Translations under genes and position numbers: made by a program
In this document: one piece after another, positions 34,139 to 45,233 of the stretch
Layout: each line of letters opens with the position of its first letter
Numbering within the stretch: the stretch's first letter is position 1
DNA from: a candidate division FCPU426 bacterium
GTDB lineage: Bacteria; Oederibacteriota; JAAXVQ01; JAUVAV01
Length of the DNA stretch: 64,000 bases
Reading direction: 5' to 3'
NCBI GenBank assembly: GCA_030591525.1
Contig: JAUVAV010000004.1
Coordinates: forward strand, 3,307-67,306
Notes under the pieces: generated by a model
Seen by the model: the letters and a program-made list of their open reading frames with translations, nothing else
The model's database searches: none
What the model was told of the DNA's origin: nothing

Positions 34139-35318
34139 CAGGCCCTCCTGTTTTTTTTCGCTGGTTCCAGAAAGGCGACATGTCCCGGAGCTCGGCGATA
34201 ATCGGCGGCAGAACCTCCAACACGCGATCCACCTCTTCCTGTGTATTATACCGCGAGAAACTAAAGCGTATAGATCCGTGAATATCCGTAAAGGGCACGC
34301 CCATGGCCCGTAAAACGTGGCTGGGTTCCAAGGAACCGGAAGTACAGGCCGAACCGGAAGAAGCGCAGATACCATACTCATTCAATTTTAAAAGAATGGC
34401 CTCGCCCTCGATGTAGGTAAAACTGATATTCATGGTCGCGGGCAAACGATGCTCTACATCCCCGTTTACGCGGATTTCGGGAATCCGTTCCAGGATGCCT
34501 TGCTCTAAACGGTCCCGCAGAGCAGCCATCCGCACTGTCTCGGTTTTGCAATCAGACATGGCCAATTCGCAGGCCCGGCCCAGGCCAACCTGGCAGGCCA
34601 CATTTTCAGTACCTCCCCGGCGCCCGTTTTCCTGGTGCCCGCCCATGATAAACGGTACGAACCTGGTTCCCCGCCGGATAAACAAAGCTCCCACGCCTTT
34701 GGGAGCATGCAGCTTGTGCCCGGAAATCGATACCAGGTCAGCTGCCAGGGTCTGCATATCCAGGTCCAGCTTGCCTGCGGCCTGTACGGCATCGCAATGG
34801 AAAACACACCCTTTTTCCTTAACTATTTCTCCGATCTTTCTCACTGGAAAAATTGTGCCGGTCTCATTGTTAGCATACATTATCGATACCAGAGCGGTGT
34901 CCGGCTTAATTGCTTCGCGGAGCATCTCAAGCTCCAGCCGGCCCTGGGCGTCTACGGGCAGATAGGTCACGCGGTATCCCTGATGTTCCAGATGGCGGCA
35001 AGGACTCAGGATTGCCGGGTGCTCGACCCGGGTGGTTATAATATGGCGTTTTTCGGGAAAGGCTTCCAATACTCCGCGAATAGCCGCGTTATCCGATTCC
35101 GTGCCACCGCTGGTAAAAAGAATCTCGTTCTCCCGAACATGGAACAGTTCAGCGACCCGGGCCCTGGCATTCTCTACAGCGTGCGCCAATTGGCCGCCGA
35201 AAGTATGCATGCTGGAAGGGTTGCCGTAAAACTCCCGGTAATACGGCAGCATGACTTCCAGCACCTCGGGCGCCACTGCCGTGGTGGCATTATTGTCCAG
35301 ATAGATTACCTTGCTCAT
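34131..35318 (-). CDS. nifS: Cysteine desulfurase (NifS/IscS class I).
   Basis: It contains the PLP-Lys motif SISGHKLHAPKGVGALF and the active-site loop SSGSACTSG. It is operonic with nifU. Confidence 0.9.
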   Translation of the reverse strand: MSKVIYLDNNATTAVAPEVLEVMLPYYREFYGNPSSMHTFGGQLAHAVENARARVAELFHVRENEILFTSGGTESDNAAIRGVLEAFPEKRHIITTRVEHPAILSPCRHLEHQGYRVTYLPVDAQGRLELEMLREAIKPDTALVSIMYANNETGTIFPVRKIGEIVKEKGCVFHCDAVQAAGKLDLDMQTLAADLVSISGHKLHAPKGVGALFIRRGTRFVPFIMGGHQENGRRGGTENVACQVGLGRACELAMSDCKTETVRMAALRDRLEQGILERIPEIRVNGDVEHRLPATMNISFTYIEGEAILLKLNEYGICASSGSACTSGSLEPSHVLRAMGVPFTDIHGSIRFSFSRYNTQEEVDRVLEVLPPIIAELRDMSPFWNQRKKTGGPDG

Positions 35319-36184
35319 GGCTTAATGTCCTCCACCACGATATCCGGCTCCACGAATTCCCGGAGTTTTCCTCCCACCAGATCTTTTAAGGTGAAACCTG
35401 CCACCTGGCACCCGGCGCACATTCCCAGCAGGCGAACCTTGACGACTTTTCCATCAATATCCACCAGTTCCAGGTCTCCGCCGTCTTTCCGGAGTTCTGG
35501 CCGCACTTCCCGGTCCAGGGTTTCCTGGACCAGCTTCATGCGCTCCAAATTCGTCAGAGGTTTTTTTTCTGCTCCGGCCGGGGGCGGGCTTATTTCCTTC
35601 CCCACCCGGCGAAGGATTTTTTCTATCTCCCCGTGGCAGGAACCGCAAGCCCCTCCGGCCTTGGTATAATTGGTCACCTCGTCCACAGTGGAGAGGTTGT
35701 TTTCCCGGATCGCGCGTTCGATCTTGCGGTCAGTGACACCGAAACATTTGCATACCAGGTCCCCGCCGTCTTCGCCGACAATGCCGATAGCGCCCCCTGC
35801 CGAGGGCAGGGCTTGCCCGCGGTAATTGGCAATCGCAGCCTCCAGGGCTTCCATGCCCATTACTGAACAGTGCATTTTTTCCTGCGGCAATCCACCCAGG
35901 TTCTTGGCAATATCCCGGTTGGTAATTCGCGCGGCCTCAGTCAGGGTTTTGCCCATAATCATATCTGTCATTATACTCGAGGAAGCAATGGCGCTCCCGC
36001 ATCCAAAAGTCAGGAATTTGGCGTCCAGGATTTTTTCCGTATCCGGCTCAACCTTGAGAGTGATCCGCAGAGCGTCCCCACATACCAGGGAACCAGCTTC
36101 CCCTATAGCGTCGGGATTGGCGATTTCTCCCACATTATGAGGGTGCAGAAAATGCTCTTTTACTTTATCGCTGTAATCCCACAT
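35315..36184 (-). CDS. nifU: Full-length NifU (IscU-like N-terminal domain, central [2Fe-2S] BFD-like domain and C-terminal NifU domain).
   Basis: It has LVCGDALRI and GCGSAIASSS (IscU Cys), CKCFGVTD...CGSCH, and the C-terminal GMCAGCQ. Confidence 0.85.
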   Translation of the reverse strand: MWDYSDKVKEHFLHPHNVGEIANPDAIGEAGSLVCGDALRITLKVEPDTEKILDAKFLTFGCGSAIASSSIMTDMIMGKTLTEAARITNRDIAKNLGGLPQEKMHCSVMGMEALEAAIANYRGQALPSAGGAIGIVGEDGGDLVCKCFGVTDRKIERAIRENNLSTVDEVTNYTKAGGACGSCHGEIEKILRRVGKEISPPPAGAEKKPLTNLERMKLVQETLDREVRPELRKDGGDLELVDIDGKVVKVRLLGMCAGCQVAGFTLKDLVGGKLREFVEPDIVVEDIKP

Positions 36185-36185
36185 A

Positions 36186-37202
36186 TCAGTGCTGCTCCTG
36201 CTTGGCCTGCCGGGCTTCTATCCAGATAAAAACCGCGACAATTGCCCCCCCGATTAAAACCATGGCCAGGGTTGCGAATTCATCCGCCCCCCAGGCTTCG
36301 GGTAAATGGTTGCTGAGATAAATGGTTTCCCCGCCTACTTGGCTGCTGGTTTTAAAGGGCCAGATAGCCCAAAGCGACCCTAGAACCAATCCCACGAGGA
36401 ATCCCATGGTATAATCGTACCAGTGCCGCAGCAAGTACTTTAAAATACGGGCAAATGCCAGCAGGCCCACCACATTTCCCAGAGAAAACGCGATAATAAT
36501 AATAAAATCCAGATAAGTAACAGCCCTGAGAACCTCAAAATAAGCCCCCATAAGCAATAGCAAGAATGAACCGCTGATGCCGGGCAGAATCATGGCGGAA
36601 ATACCAACGACCCCGACTCCAAACATGAACATGAGGTTGGGAAGACTGTGATCTCCTGACATATCCGGCACTTTTTCATCCATACCCGCGGACTTGGCCT
36701 TCTTCATTTCGTATTTCACTTGGGCTTTTTCCAGACGCGCGTCCTCGCTTACGGATTGCGTGAGCAGGAGTATTCCGCCCACGGCCAGCAAAGCCATCAG
36801 CCCGCTGATGACACTCTTTTTTTTTATCAATTTATACGGCACTAAAGCTGAAACCGCTACCAAACCGAGAAAGAATCCATAGGTCGGATCATGAAAATTT
36901 TTCAGTAAGAAAGTCATCAAGTTGGCCAGCGCCACAATCGAGGCGATCGCGCCCAATTCCACCAGGATAAGAAACACCGCATCTATCCGGCGCATTTCGG
37001 CCGTGAAAACCTCCCAGGCCCGGCGATTGCATTTTACCAGTCCCAGCAGCGCGGTTAGAGTGTGCAGGGAAATATTATGGATAGCGGTAATCAGACGTTC
37101 ATAAATACTCAGTAGCAGGGCCAATGTTCCCCCGGATACGCCGGGAATAATATTCGCAATCCCGATAACCATACCTTTGACAAAAATTTTCATTACTTGC
37201 AT
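36186..37202 (-). CDS. DUF368-family integral membrane protein.
   Basis: It has the duplicated IPGVSGGTLALL and ILPGISGSFLLL motifs and is polytopic. Confidence 0.7.
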   Translation of the reverse strand: MQVMKIFVKGMVIGIANIIPGVSGGTLALLLSIYERLITAIHNISLHTLTALLGLVKCNRRAWEVFTAEMRRIDAVFLILVELGAIASIVALANLMTFLLKNFHDPTYGFFLGLVAVSALVPYKLIKKKSVISGLMALLAVGGILLLTQSVSEDARLEKAQVKYEMKKAKSAGMDEKVPDMSGDHSLPNLMFMFGVGVVGISAMILPGISGSFLLLLMGAYFEVLRAVTYLDFIIIIAFSLGNVVGLLAFARILKYLLRHWYDYTMGFLVGLVLGSLWAIWPFKTSSQVGGETIYLSNHLPEAWGADEFATLAMVLIGGAIVAVFIWIEARQAKQEQH

Positions 37203-37569
37203 GTACTCCTCCTTTTAAGCCTTCGCCAAATTTCCGCCCCCAGATAAATAACCCCGGCCAGTAAAATAATCGTTGCCCCACCGGCAGGGCAAAACTCCAA
37301 AATCCTATCAGAATAAAGGCCGGTATTGATTTTTTCAGATTCATTTTTAGCGACCCTTCCATAAGGATTTTTCCAGCCATTTGAAGATTATCATTATAAC
37401 TAAATAACTAAAGTTTTCAACTTTTTGTTTTACTTTCCAGGATTTTCGGGATTCCGGAAGAATATTTCCAATTAACTTTTTTCACCCCCAGACCGATACT
37501 ATAAACAGATTTAGAATTCGGATAGCCCATTTATGGTATCTCTCCATCCGGTATTACCAGGGGCCTAAC

Positions 37570-38817
37570 ATGCGTGTATTAGTAGCTGATGATGATCAAA
37601 TATCCTTGCGCGTATTAGAAAAATCAGTTGCCGGGTGGAATTACGAAGTGGTATTGGCCAAAGACGGCAAGGAAGCCTGGGATATTCTCAGCCGGCCTCC
37701 CCTTCCCAGTATAGCTCTGCTGGACTGGATAATGCCCGGGCCTGACGGTCTGGAGCTCTGCCGCCGCCTGCGAAATCAAAAGAACGCTAAGTTTATATAT
37801 ATTATTTTAGTAACCTCCAATGACCGGCCCGAGGACATCACCACCGGCCTGGACGCCGGAGCCGATGATTACATTACAAAACCCTTTAATAAAGCAGAAT
37901 TGAAAAGCCGGATAGCATCCGGCCGGCGGGTGGTAGAATATGAAAACTCGCTTAAACAAATTAACGAGGAATTACGCCGATATTCCCTGGATATGGAGAT
38001 TCTGGCACAGGAACGGGCCCAGCAGCTGGTCCAGGCTGACCGCATGATCTCCCTGGGAACTATGGCGGCCGGCATTACCCATGAAATCAACAATCCTTTA
38101 ACCATCCTGCAAGGAAATACTATCTTGCTTAATAAAATCTGGCAGACTTCGGGGATAAAAAATCTGGCCGAGTCTCTGAAACCCACAGGCGACAATACGG
38201 ACGCGTCTCATCTCTTTCCGAATATCAGCGAAATAATCGAAGCTCTGCAAAATGGCGTGAGACGTATCCGGAAAATTGTTGACGGCATGCGCATTTTCTC
38301 CCATGGTCAGGGCGGAAAAATAGAACAGATCGACCTGCGAGCGTGTTTACATGACGCCATCCAAATCTGTCTGTCTAGAACTAAATATCTGGGCGGCGTG
38401 AAAACCAAGGTTGAGGAAATCCCTTTTTCAGTAAAAGGCAATCCGGTTCAAATAACCCAGGTCCTGGTTAATTTTATTGCCAATGCGGCGGATGCGCTCG
38501 CCTCCACCCCTAAACCTGTGCTGAACATCCTGCTTCGTCCTTCCAGCCGCCAAGCGCTTTTCACTATCCAGGACAACGGCCCCGGCATAGCTCATGAAAA
38601 CATTAATCAGCTTTGGAGTCCCAGTTTCACTACTAAACCTGTCGGAAAAGGAACCGGTTTAGGACTGGCTATCTGCCATAATATAATAGCCGGCCACGGC
38701 GGAGATATTAAGGTGAATTCCAAACTAGGCGTTGGCACAACCTTTACGGTCCAACTGCCTGATGCGGAGGAATATGATCGTATCATGGAGATACGGGAAA
38801 AAATCCAAAAAGAGTAA
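37570..38817 (+). CDS. Response-regulator/histidine-kinase hybrid (N-terminal REC fused to HisKA-HATPase).
   Basis: It contains VLVADDDQISLRVL...LLDWIMPGPDG, then ITHEINNPLT (H-box), and DNGPGI and GTGLGL (G-boxes). Confidence 0.8.
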   Translation: MRVLVADDDQISLRVLEKSVAGWNYEVVLAKDGKEAWDILSRPPLPSIALLDWIMPGPDGLELCRRLRNQKNAKFIYIILVTSNDRPEDITTGLDAGADDYITKPFNKAELKSRIASGRRVVEYENSLKQINEELRRYSLDMEILAQERAQQLVQADRMISLGTMAAGITHEINNPLTILQGNTILLNKIWQTSGIKNLAESLKPTGDNTDASHLFPNISEIIEALQNGVRRIRKIVDGMRIFSHGQGGKIEQIDLRACLHDAIQICLSRTKYLGGVKTKVEEIPFSVKGNPVQITQVLVNFIANAADALASTPKPVLNILLRPSSRQALFTIQDNGPGIAHENINQLWSPSFTTKPVGKGTGLGLAICHNIIAGHGGDIKVNSKLGVGTTFTVQLPDAEEYDRIMEIREKIQKE

Positions 38818-38831
38818 TACCGGAGCAGAGA

Positions 38832-41051
38832 TCAGCGGGGCAGGGTGATGGTGATTTCCACTCTCCGATTCCTGGCCCGGGTATGGGCTCTCCTCCCGCT
38901 TTCCAGGGGCCGTTTCTTGCCATAACCTTCCATCCTGATAAGGGATGATTGCAAGCCTTCTTCCTCCACTAAATAGCGCATGACCATTTTCGCCCTTTTT
39001 AAAGACAACTCCAGGTTGTATTCCTTAGAGCCGACATCATCGGTATGTCCTTCAATAAACACCTTTACTTTTTCCGGCGGATACATGTTTACCAGGTCCG
39101 CGGTTTTCCGCAGTTTTTCGAACATGGCCGGTTTTAGTTCCGCCTTATCAAAATCAAAGAGAATCTGTTCTATCTTCAATTTTATCGCCTCCGGAGTTTC
39201 CGATAAAATTCTGACATCCGTAGCCGGTAAAACCGAGGCCTGCTGCCATACATTGCCCAAGGAGTCCTGCAGCCGAAGAACGTAATTATACTTCCGGTTG
39301 GTAGGCACCAAACGTCCTTTATCATCGCGGGAATCCCAAACCAGGGACCGGAATAGCCGGCCGGAACCATCAAATGTTCGAATGACTTCCCCGCTCTTGG
39401 CATCCATGATATTCAAGGCCCAACCTTGAATTTTAACTTCGTCCGGCAGTTTTAATTTAAAGGGAATCTTTTCCGCCAGGGGCAAACCCGAATCCGTCCG
39501 GGCCTTGGTTCCCGTGTCGACCACCACCAGAGGAGCAACGCTTTGAACCTCATTTCCCTTTTTATCCTTGACATTCAGGACAAAATGGAATCCTTCCTTG
39601 ATAGCTACGGGATATTGCTGCTCATTCCTGCCATCCCAAACCAGATCCTTAGGAATATTTCCCACGCCCGCATAATTTCTAAGCGTGCGGCCGTCATTAC
39701 TGACAATCGTAAGCGACCACTCCCTTACCTGCTCAAAAGACTTGGGAATAAAGCTTACTTTCCCGGCAAAAATATCCCGCGGCAGCGCTTTTAAACGGGG
39801 AAGTTTGGTAATGGAAACCGGCAGGATTTCCCCGCCTGACCGGACCGCATATCCCAGGCGGTCTGAAATTCGGCAATTGTAAAAATAGTAATCTTCCAGC
39901 TCCGCCCGGGCTCCCTGGTTATTGAGCCCGTCCCAGACAATGGTCAAAGGTAATTTATCATGTCCCTCAAAACGCCGGACTTGGCGGTGGGCGCGATCGG
40001 AAATCACCAGTTCCCAACGACTTATTCCGGCCGCGGCCTGTACCGAGGAAACAAAGCGCACCTCGCGCCCCACCTCCCCGTCTGGATAAACAAACTGTTT
40101 GGTAAGTATTCTCACTTCCAGCACGGGCCGGGCCAGACGGCGCTGGCTTCCAAAATCATAACTGCCGGAAAAGCGATGGGCCCAGCCCATAGTTCCCAGC
40201 GGCGAGAGAGCATAATCAATATGTATTCTCTGCCAGCGCAGGCCGGTTCCCAGGTTAAGCCAGTCTCCGGCATCAGCGCTCTTGATCCCGGCCCGGAGCG
40301 CCAGCAAATTCCATAACCAGCCCTCTGCTCCCACGGCCCATAACCAATCTCCCTGAAGAGGCACTTCAATCTCAGCCCCCAGGGAAATCCTATGGGGATC
40401 ATCCGGCCATAACCGGTAGGCCGCGCCGATTCCAAAATCCAAAGGCAGGGAATCCCGGGATTCCTGGAAAGCCGTTAAAAAGCCGGCATTGTCCACGGTA
40501 GCGGCCAGGAGCAGCTGATCATTAAACAGAAAATATTTTGCCCCCACATCCAGGGCCAGGCCCCAAGAGCGGGACGAGCTTAAATTAGACATTAGGTATT
40601 TAAGACGGCCGCCGACTGCCAAATGCTTTAAAGGTTTAAACGCATAACTGCCGGCTGCCAGCAGATCCCCGGCTTGTTCGGTCTTAATGCCGGGATCATC
40701 AGTGCTGTTAAAAGGAGGCACATTTAAATAAGCCGCTGTAAATCCCAGAGCGCCGGATTTACCCAGTGGCTGTACCGCCCATACGGCATCAAAGGTAATG
40801 TCGTCCCACCAGGACAGGTGGCTAAGTCCGAACTGGGGATTAAGCAAGCCTAAAATACCGGCGGGATTATAAAAAGCGGACTCGGCATCCTCACCCAGGG
40901 CGGAATAGCACCCTGCCAGAGCAGCTGAACGGGCGCTGGGTATGAGATGTAAAAACTCGGCACCGGTCGTTCCTTCCCCGCACCAGACCGGACCAGCCTC
41001 CAGAAAAAGGCCCAAGACCGCCAGTTTTAACCATCCTGAAGGTCTTCTCAC
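38832..41051 (-). CDS. Large OmpA-family outer-membrane protein: PorV/PorQ-like N-terminal barrel, FlgD-Ig-like repeats and a C-terminal OmpA peptidoglycan-binding domain.
   Basis: It has a signal peptide and [36 protein letters not shown]. The repeats read [21 protein letters not shown] and [23 protein letters not shown]. The C-terminus carries [12 protein letters not shown]...NRRVEITI. Confidence 0.65.
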   Translation of the reverse strand: MRRPSGWLKLAVLGLFLEAGPVWCGEGTTGAEFLHLIPSARSAALAGCYSALGEDAESAFYNPAGILGLLNPQFGLSHLSWWDDITFDAVWAVQPLGKSGALGFTAAYLNVPPFNSTDDPGIKTEQAGDLLAAGSYAFKPLKHLAVGGRLKYLMSNLSSSRSWGLALDVGAKYFLFNDQLLLAATVDNAGFLTAFQESRDSLPLDFGIGAAYRLWPDDPHRISLGAEIEVPLQGDWLWAVGAEGWLWNLLALRAGIKSADAGDWLNLGTGLRWQRIHIDYALSPLGTMGWAHRFSGSYDFGSQRRLARPVLEVRILTKQFVYPDGEVGREVRFVSSVQAAAGISRWELVISDRAHRQVRRFEGHDKLPLTIVWDGLNNQGARAELEDYYFYNCRISDRLGYAVRSGGEILPVSITKLPRLKALPRDIFAGKVSFIPKSFEQVREWSLTIVSNDGRTLRNYAGVGNIPKDLVWDGRNEQQYPVAIKEGFHFVLNVKDKKGNEVQSVAPLVVVDTGTKARTDSGLPLAEKIPFKLKLPDEVKIQGWALNIMDAKSGEVIRTFDGSGRLFRSLVWDSRDDKGRLVPTNRKYNYVLRLQDSLGNVWQQASVLPATDVRILSETPEAIKLKIEQILFDFDKAELKPAMFEKLRKTADLVNMYPPEKVKVFIEGHTDDVGSKEYNLELSLKRAKMVMRYLVEEEGLQSSLIRMEGYGKKRPLESGRRAHTRARNRRVEITITLPR

Positions 41052-43726
41052 TTGACCACTAACACCTTTCGGATTTCACGCCTGCCATGGCTTTCCAGCA
41101 CGACAAAATAAACTCCTGAAGCCACATCCTGCCCTTCCTGGTTGCGGCCATCCCATTCCAGCCGGAAATATCCGCCAATAAAAGCTCTGGGCCGCGCCTG
41201 CCAGACCTGCCTCCCGGCCAAAGTAAAGATTGTTATCTTGAACTCTTCTTCTTTTAAAACCCCTACCCTGATTTCCAGGCTCTCCCGGTCCGGCGTAAAA
41301 CGGTTTTTATCCAGATAGAAAATCGCGCAGGGAGTAAAAGTAGGGGTGGGCGGCAACGTAGGGCTGATAGTAGGCGTCAGGGTAATGGTAGGACTAATGG
41401 TGCAAGTGGGAGTTATACTAACGGTCGGAGAAATGGTATAGGTCTGAGTAATAGTTGATGTTCTGCTGATGGTGCCGGTAACGGTAAGCGTAGGAGTTGA
41501 AGTATAGGTCAAAGTGCGGCTCGGAGTAGGGCTGGGTGTTGGTGTGGGCGTCGGGCTGGGGGTATTGCTTGGTGTAGAGGTTGGACTGTAGGGTGGCGTA
41601 TTGGTAGACGTAGGCGTATGCGTCAACGTAAATGTCGGGGTTGGGCTGGGCGTAACGCTCGGCGTAGGAGTTGACGTAGATGTTGGGCTTGGACTGGGCG
41701 TAACGCTCGGCGTAGGAGTCGACGTAGATGTTGGGCTTGGGCTGGGCGTAACGGTCGACGTAAACGTCGACGTAGATGTTGAGGTTGAGCTCGGCGTAAC
41801 GGTCGACGTAAACGTCGACGTAGATGTTAAGGTTGAACTCGGCGTAACGGTCGACGTAAACGTCGGCGTAGATGTTGGGGTTGGGCTGGGCGTAACGCTC
41901 GGCGTAGGGGTCCACGTAGATGTTGGGCTTGGGCTCGGCGTAACGGTAGATGTAGGCGTAGACGTATTGCTAGGGGTCGGGCTGGGGGTATTGCTAGGGG
42001 TTGGGCTGTAGGCCAGCGTATTGGTAGACGTAGGCGCAAACGTATTGCTGGGTGTCGGGCTCGGGGTATTGCTGGGCGTTGGGCTCGGGGTTGGGCTGGG
42101 TGTCGGGCTCGGGGTATTGCTGGGCGTTGGGCTCGGGGTTGGGCTGGGTGTCGGGCTCGGGGTATTGCTGGGCGTTGGGCTCGGGGTAAACGTAACTGTC
42201 GCAGTACCACCCGCTTCTAACCTGATAATCGCCTCTTCGCAGCGCATCAATCCTGAAACATTCGAGGCGCCCGTGCTTTCCGCAAACCAGATTTTGATGG
42301 TTTTTTCCTCATCATCGCTCGTAAGAAGTGCCTGAACTGTCAAGGTATTGGCGCGATTCGTGTCCCCTTTATTTCTCCAACGGCCGGCATCCGCGGAAAT
42401 CCATGTATCAAGCGCCATATTGGCAGAAGTCATTGTCACGGGAAAGTAAAAACTAACCAGATCAGAGCCTTTGTCCACGCACACAAACCGGGCATTGGGA
42501 ACGCACCACTTTAAGTACACCGTGGTATCACTAGTAGTTTCCCCACCGTCATCAATCCAGAAGGAGGTCATGGGAGGATCGTCCAATGTGTAGTAACAGC
42601 AATCTTGTGTGGCCGCGGTATAAATACGCTGACGTTGAGCATCCAACGCAATGGACCATATCGTGTCCGCATCGTCCGGTAAGCTCATCCAAGTCGGACC
42701 GCTTAGGATATCACCATCATTCGAATCCATACCAACCCACCCCAGGTCACCCGAACCGCCACTGGATCTTCCCATATACATCCGGTTTTGGGTGGCGTAA
42801 AGACTCGTGGCGTCGAGATTCAAACAAAGAATCGGAGACCCCATATCATCAGATGCGACTCCTGGGCCTAGCGGTTTGCCCCCCGAACCCAAGGTGAAAG
42901 TATAAATATTATTCTTTCCTGACAGGCAGGCATGTAAACGATTGCGCACGCTATCCAGGGCCAGGGACAGCACCGGATTAGAGCCGACTGCTGCTGGATA
43001 AGAAGTTCCGTCCAAGGTCTCGGGTATGCCAGCGGCATTCAGGTCATAGACTCTTATTTGTCCATCTCCGCAGCCCATATAAAGTTTGTTTCTCGCAGCA
43101 TCCAGAGCCAAGGAATAAACAGTTGCACCGGTAAAAAAAACAGGTAAAGCAGAAGCAGGATCCGCATTGATCTTTACTACTCCCAGCCCATCAGAATTGT
43201 GATTAAGCGCTACATAGAGACACCCGCGTTGAGTATCCAAAGCCAGAGCCTTGGCACCGGAGGTGAAAAAATCACAGGGAACGTTACCCACAACATCGCC
43301 AATGTTATCCAGGGTTAAGATATATAATTCATTGGTTCCGGCATGATTTGCCATATACAAGCGTTGGAGTTGGGTATCCAAAGCCAAACTGCGCGTATTG
43401 TCACCATAATTATAGGAAAGAGGCAGTACACTTGTATCTACATTGCCCTGGTCATTTAAAGAATAAACATAAAGATTGTCGCCGCTATTAGTATCCACGC
43501 CCAAATACAGCCGGTTGAGATTGGGAGCCACAGCAACAGCCTTACTGGATGAAATATCTGTTTCGGTATAACTTGTTGAGGAAACCGGGTCTGCAGCCAG
43601 GTGGGAAAAAGCAGGAAATAAAACCAAATAAAAGAAAAGCGATAAAACCAAGATCCCTGGCCATCGCGGAGACGAGCTGCGGAGATAATGGGAATTATGC
43701 AGCATTTTCCATCCTAATTCCAGCAA
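41048..43726 (-). CDS. Secreted surface protein with YVTN/LVIVD-type beta-propeller repeats, a ~250-aa Pro/Thr/Ser-rich low-complexity linker and a C-terminal FlgD-Ig / T9SS-CTD-like domain.
   Basis: The repeats include [37 protein letters not shown] and [17 protein letters not shown]. The PT(S) tract reads [18 protein letters not shown]... The C-terminus [37 protein letters not shown] resembles Por_Secre_tail/FlgD-Ig. Confidence 0.6.
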   Translation of the reverse strand: MLELGWKMLHNSHYLRSSSPRWPGILVLSLFFYLVLFPAFSHLAADPVSSTSYTETDISSSKAVAVAPNLNRLYLGVDTNSGDNLYVYSLNDQGNVDTSVLPLSYNYGDNTRSLALDTQLQRLYMANHAGTNELYILTLDNIGDVVGNVPCDFFTSGAKALALDTQRGCLYVALNHNSDGLGVVKINADPASALPVFFTGATVYSLALDAARNKLYMGCGDGQIRVYDLNAAGIPETLDGTSYPAAVGSNPVLSLALDSVRNRLHACLSGKNNIYTFTLGSGGKPLGPGVASDDMGSPILCLNLDATSLYATQNRMYMGRSSGGSGDLGWVGMDSNDGDILSGPTWMSLPDDADTIWSIALDAQRQRIYTAATQDCCYYTLDDPPMTSFWIDDGGETTSDTTVYLKWCVPNARFVCVDKGSDLVSFYFPVTMTSANMALDTWISADAGRWRNKGDTNRANTLTVQALLTSDDEEKTIKIWFAESTGASNVSGLMRCEEAIIRLEAGGTATVTFTPSPTPSNTPSPTPSPTPSPTPSNTPSPTPSPTPSPTPSNTPSPTPSNTFAPTSTNTLAYSPTPSNTPSPTPSNTSTPTSTVTPSPSPTSTWTPTPSVTPSPTPTSTPTFTSTVTPSSTLTSTSTFTSTVTPSSTSTSTSTFTSTVTPSPSPTSTSTPTPSVTPSPSPTSTSTPTPSVTPSPTPTFTLTHTPTSTNTPPYSPTSTPSNTPSPTPTPTPSPTPSRTLTYTSTPTLTVTGTISRTSTITQTYTISPTVSITPTCTISPTITLTPTISPTLPPTPTFTPCAIFYLDKNRFTPDRESLEIRVGVLKEEEFKITIFTLAGRQVWQARPRAFIGGYFRLEWDGRNQEGQDVASGVYFVVLESHGRREIRKVLVVK
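41400..42210. repeat. Intragenic degenerate tandem repeats (~24-48 bp units) encoding the PT(S)-rich linker of the 41048-43726 protein.
   Basis: Units such as ggcgtaggagttgacgtagatgttgggcttgggctgggcgtaacgctc recur. This explains the multiple overlapping ORF-track hits in all frames. Confidence 0.7.
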
Positions 43727-43822
43727 GTTTTAAGTGAAATATTAGCCTTTCGCTTTTCCGTACGTAATTATCTCATGCTGTTTTTTAATCTCTAGAACAC
43801 TGAAATACGACACCCACGAAAC

Positions 43823-43850
43823 GTAGGGGCGTTTAATTAAACGCCCCTAC
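43823..43850. repeat. REP-like perfect palindrome GTAGGGGCGTTTAATTAAACGCCCCTAC.
   Basis: It was read directly, and an identical copy lies at 61590-61617. Confidence 0.7.
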
Positions 43851-43975
43851 AACTGTCGTTAATACCATAACCAACTACTATTATTTTACATTTCAAGCAA
43901 AAAAACAAGGTAAATAAATCATCCTAATGAAATTATATCTCACCAGCCGAAAATTTCAAAGAGTTCCAAATTTAA

Positions 43976-45058
43976 TTAAAAGAAGTTCTTCCGGCCATTG
44001 TTTTTTGTCCAATAGCTGCGGCCATTGCCTCGCTTAACTTTAAAGTAGTACTCATCAATAACTCCCTGACTATTGGGAATAGACAATGTCCCTCCGCCCT
44101 TTCCGGCTTCATCCAACTCGAATGTCATGTTTAAGCCATCCCGGGTGGAGGACATATTACAAACTGCCGCTTTATTCTGGGTGGAAGCCCGCACTTCAGT
44201 GAAGTATATATAATTGCCATTAGGCTCTCGGATGACTGGACTTCCATTATGCGAACTTTTAATCACTATACACTGCATCCACTGCGTGCTGCTCGAATTT
44301 AAAAATAAGCCCAGGTTAATCCAACTCAACTCACCTGTACCTTTCTTCGGGGAATGCATAAAATCCCAAAAAATCTCGTTTGCTTCTTCGTTGTTTTTAT
44401 AAATATCATATCCCTCTACATTATTAAAATACGATTTAGTAGTTATCTTGGTAAATGTTTCCGGAACATGCACATTTGTACTCTTAAAATAGTATCCCTC
44501 ACCATTTGTCCATCCTCTTGATTCAAGATCGCCGTAAAATCCTGAGTAAGGGTTCCAGGCATAGGGAAACAGTGTTACTTCGGGATCAAAGCCGCCGGGA
44601 TTAGTACCCAGCCCCGGGGACCAGCTCTGCTTAAGTACACCGAGGCAGGCCTTGAATAGATAGTGTCCCAGCCCGCAGCGAAAGGTGATTATGTAAAAGA
44701 GACGGCATCGAAGAATGCGCTGAACAGTGCTTTTTACTTCCGGATCAACGACATCTAATTTAAGCACATTATTGATGAACTTTTTCACGCTCCAGGGATT
44801 GAATTTTAATAAGCAGGCGCAAAACGTCCGGTTCGTCCACTTTCCTTTTTTTCCTAAACAAGCTGCCTGAAAAGAATTAGCCTCTGCATTTGCACCCGAA
44901 ATTGCTGTGCTTTGCTGGACCGCACCCAGCACCTGACTTGATATGGCTTGGGGCGCAGTCGGCCCCACAACACTTTTACCGCATCCAAAAATGGTTAGCG
45001 AAGTAAGGGCAAGGAGAAAAATACCTACCGTATATTTATTAACAAGTTTTTTACCCAT
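43976..45058 (-). CDS. Hypothetical lipoprotein encoded in an AT-rich islet.
   Basis: It has a signal plus the lipobox LTIFGCG. The low-GC gene is flanked by a REP hairpin at 43823-43850 and a TIR-bounded MITE-like element at 45234-45422. Confidence 0.45.
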   Translation of the reverse strand: MGKKLVNKYTVGIFLLALTSLTIFGCGKSVVGPTAPQAISSQVLGAVQQSTAISGANAEANSFQAACLGKKGKWTNRTFCACLLKFNPWSVKKFINNVLKLDVVDPEVKSTVQRILRCRLFYIITFRCGLGHYLFKACLGVLKQSWSPGLGTNPGGFDPEVTLFPYAWNPYSGFYGDLESRGWTNGEGYYFKSTNVHVPETFTKITTKSYFNNVEGYDIYKNNEEANEIFWDFMHSPKKGTGELSWINLGLFLNSSSTQWMQCIVIKSSHNGSPVIREPNGNYIYFTEVRASTQNKAAVCNMSSTRDGLNMTFELDEAGKGGGTLSIPNSQGVIDEYYFKVKRGNGRSYWTKNNGRKNFF

Positions 45059-45233
45059 TACTTCTTCTTACCTCCTTTTAATTTTTTTACAACTTTATTT
45101 TTGTGAAAGTATATCATAAGTTAATGACCGTGTAAAGTTTTTTTGGTAATTACAATGATATTTATTTTGGTAAATTTTTACAAGCAAAATGTTTCACGAT
45201 GAAACGTTTTTTGAATCTGGTGGGATACCGCTA

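Noticed and set aside
33047-34381. The N-terminal 60-80-aa extensions of ORF-track models 33047-34381, 50113-51009, 52484-53431 and 24890-25588.
   Set aside because: The extensions are Arg/Cys/Pro-rich, overlap upstream genes, and lack family similarity. Internal Met codons with RBS-like sequences give canonical N-termini (MAKRILVTTGGG, MPETILWLFDLDGTL, MTELYDQ, MKYSDLIEKLN).
33269-35669. Long plus-strand ORFs 33269-34000 (243 aa) and 34635-35669 (344 aa).
   Set aside because: They lie antisense to pfk, nifS and nifU, which have unambiguous motifs. Their translations are Arg/Pro-rich low complexity.
37099-37380. 93-aa minus-strand ORF overlapping the start of the DUF368 gene.
   Set aside because: It overlaps DUF368 by about 100 nt in another frame, it is not needed to explain the locus, and it has no RBS-like sequence. 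It is probably spurious.
41418-42335. Four overlapping ORFs (41418-41915 on the minus strand, 41601-42011 on the plus, 41827-42210 on the minus and 42021-42335 on the plus) with repetitive VDVGVGLGV / [16 protein letters not shown]-like translations.
   Set aside because: They are artefacts of the tandem nucleotide repeats that encode the PT-rich stalk of the 41048-43726 protein, and any frame stays open there.
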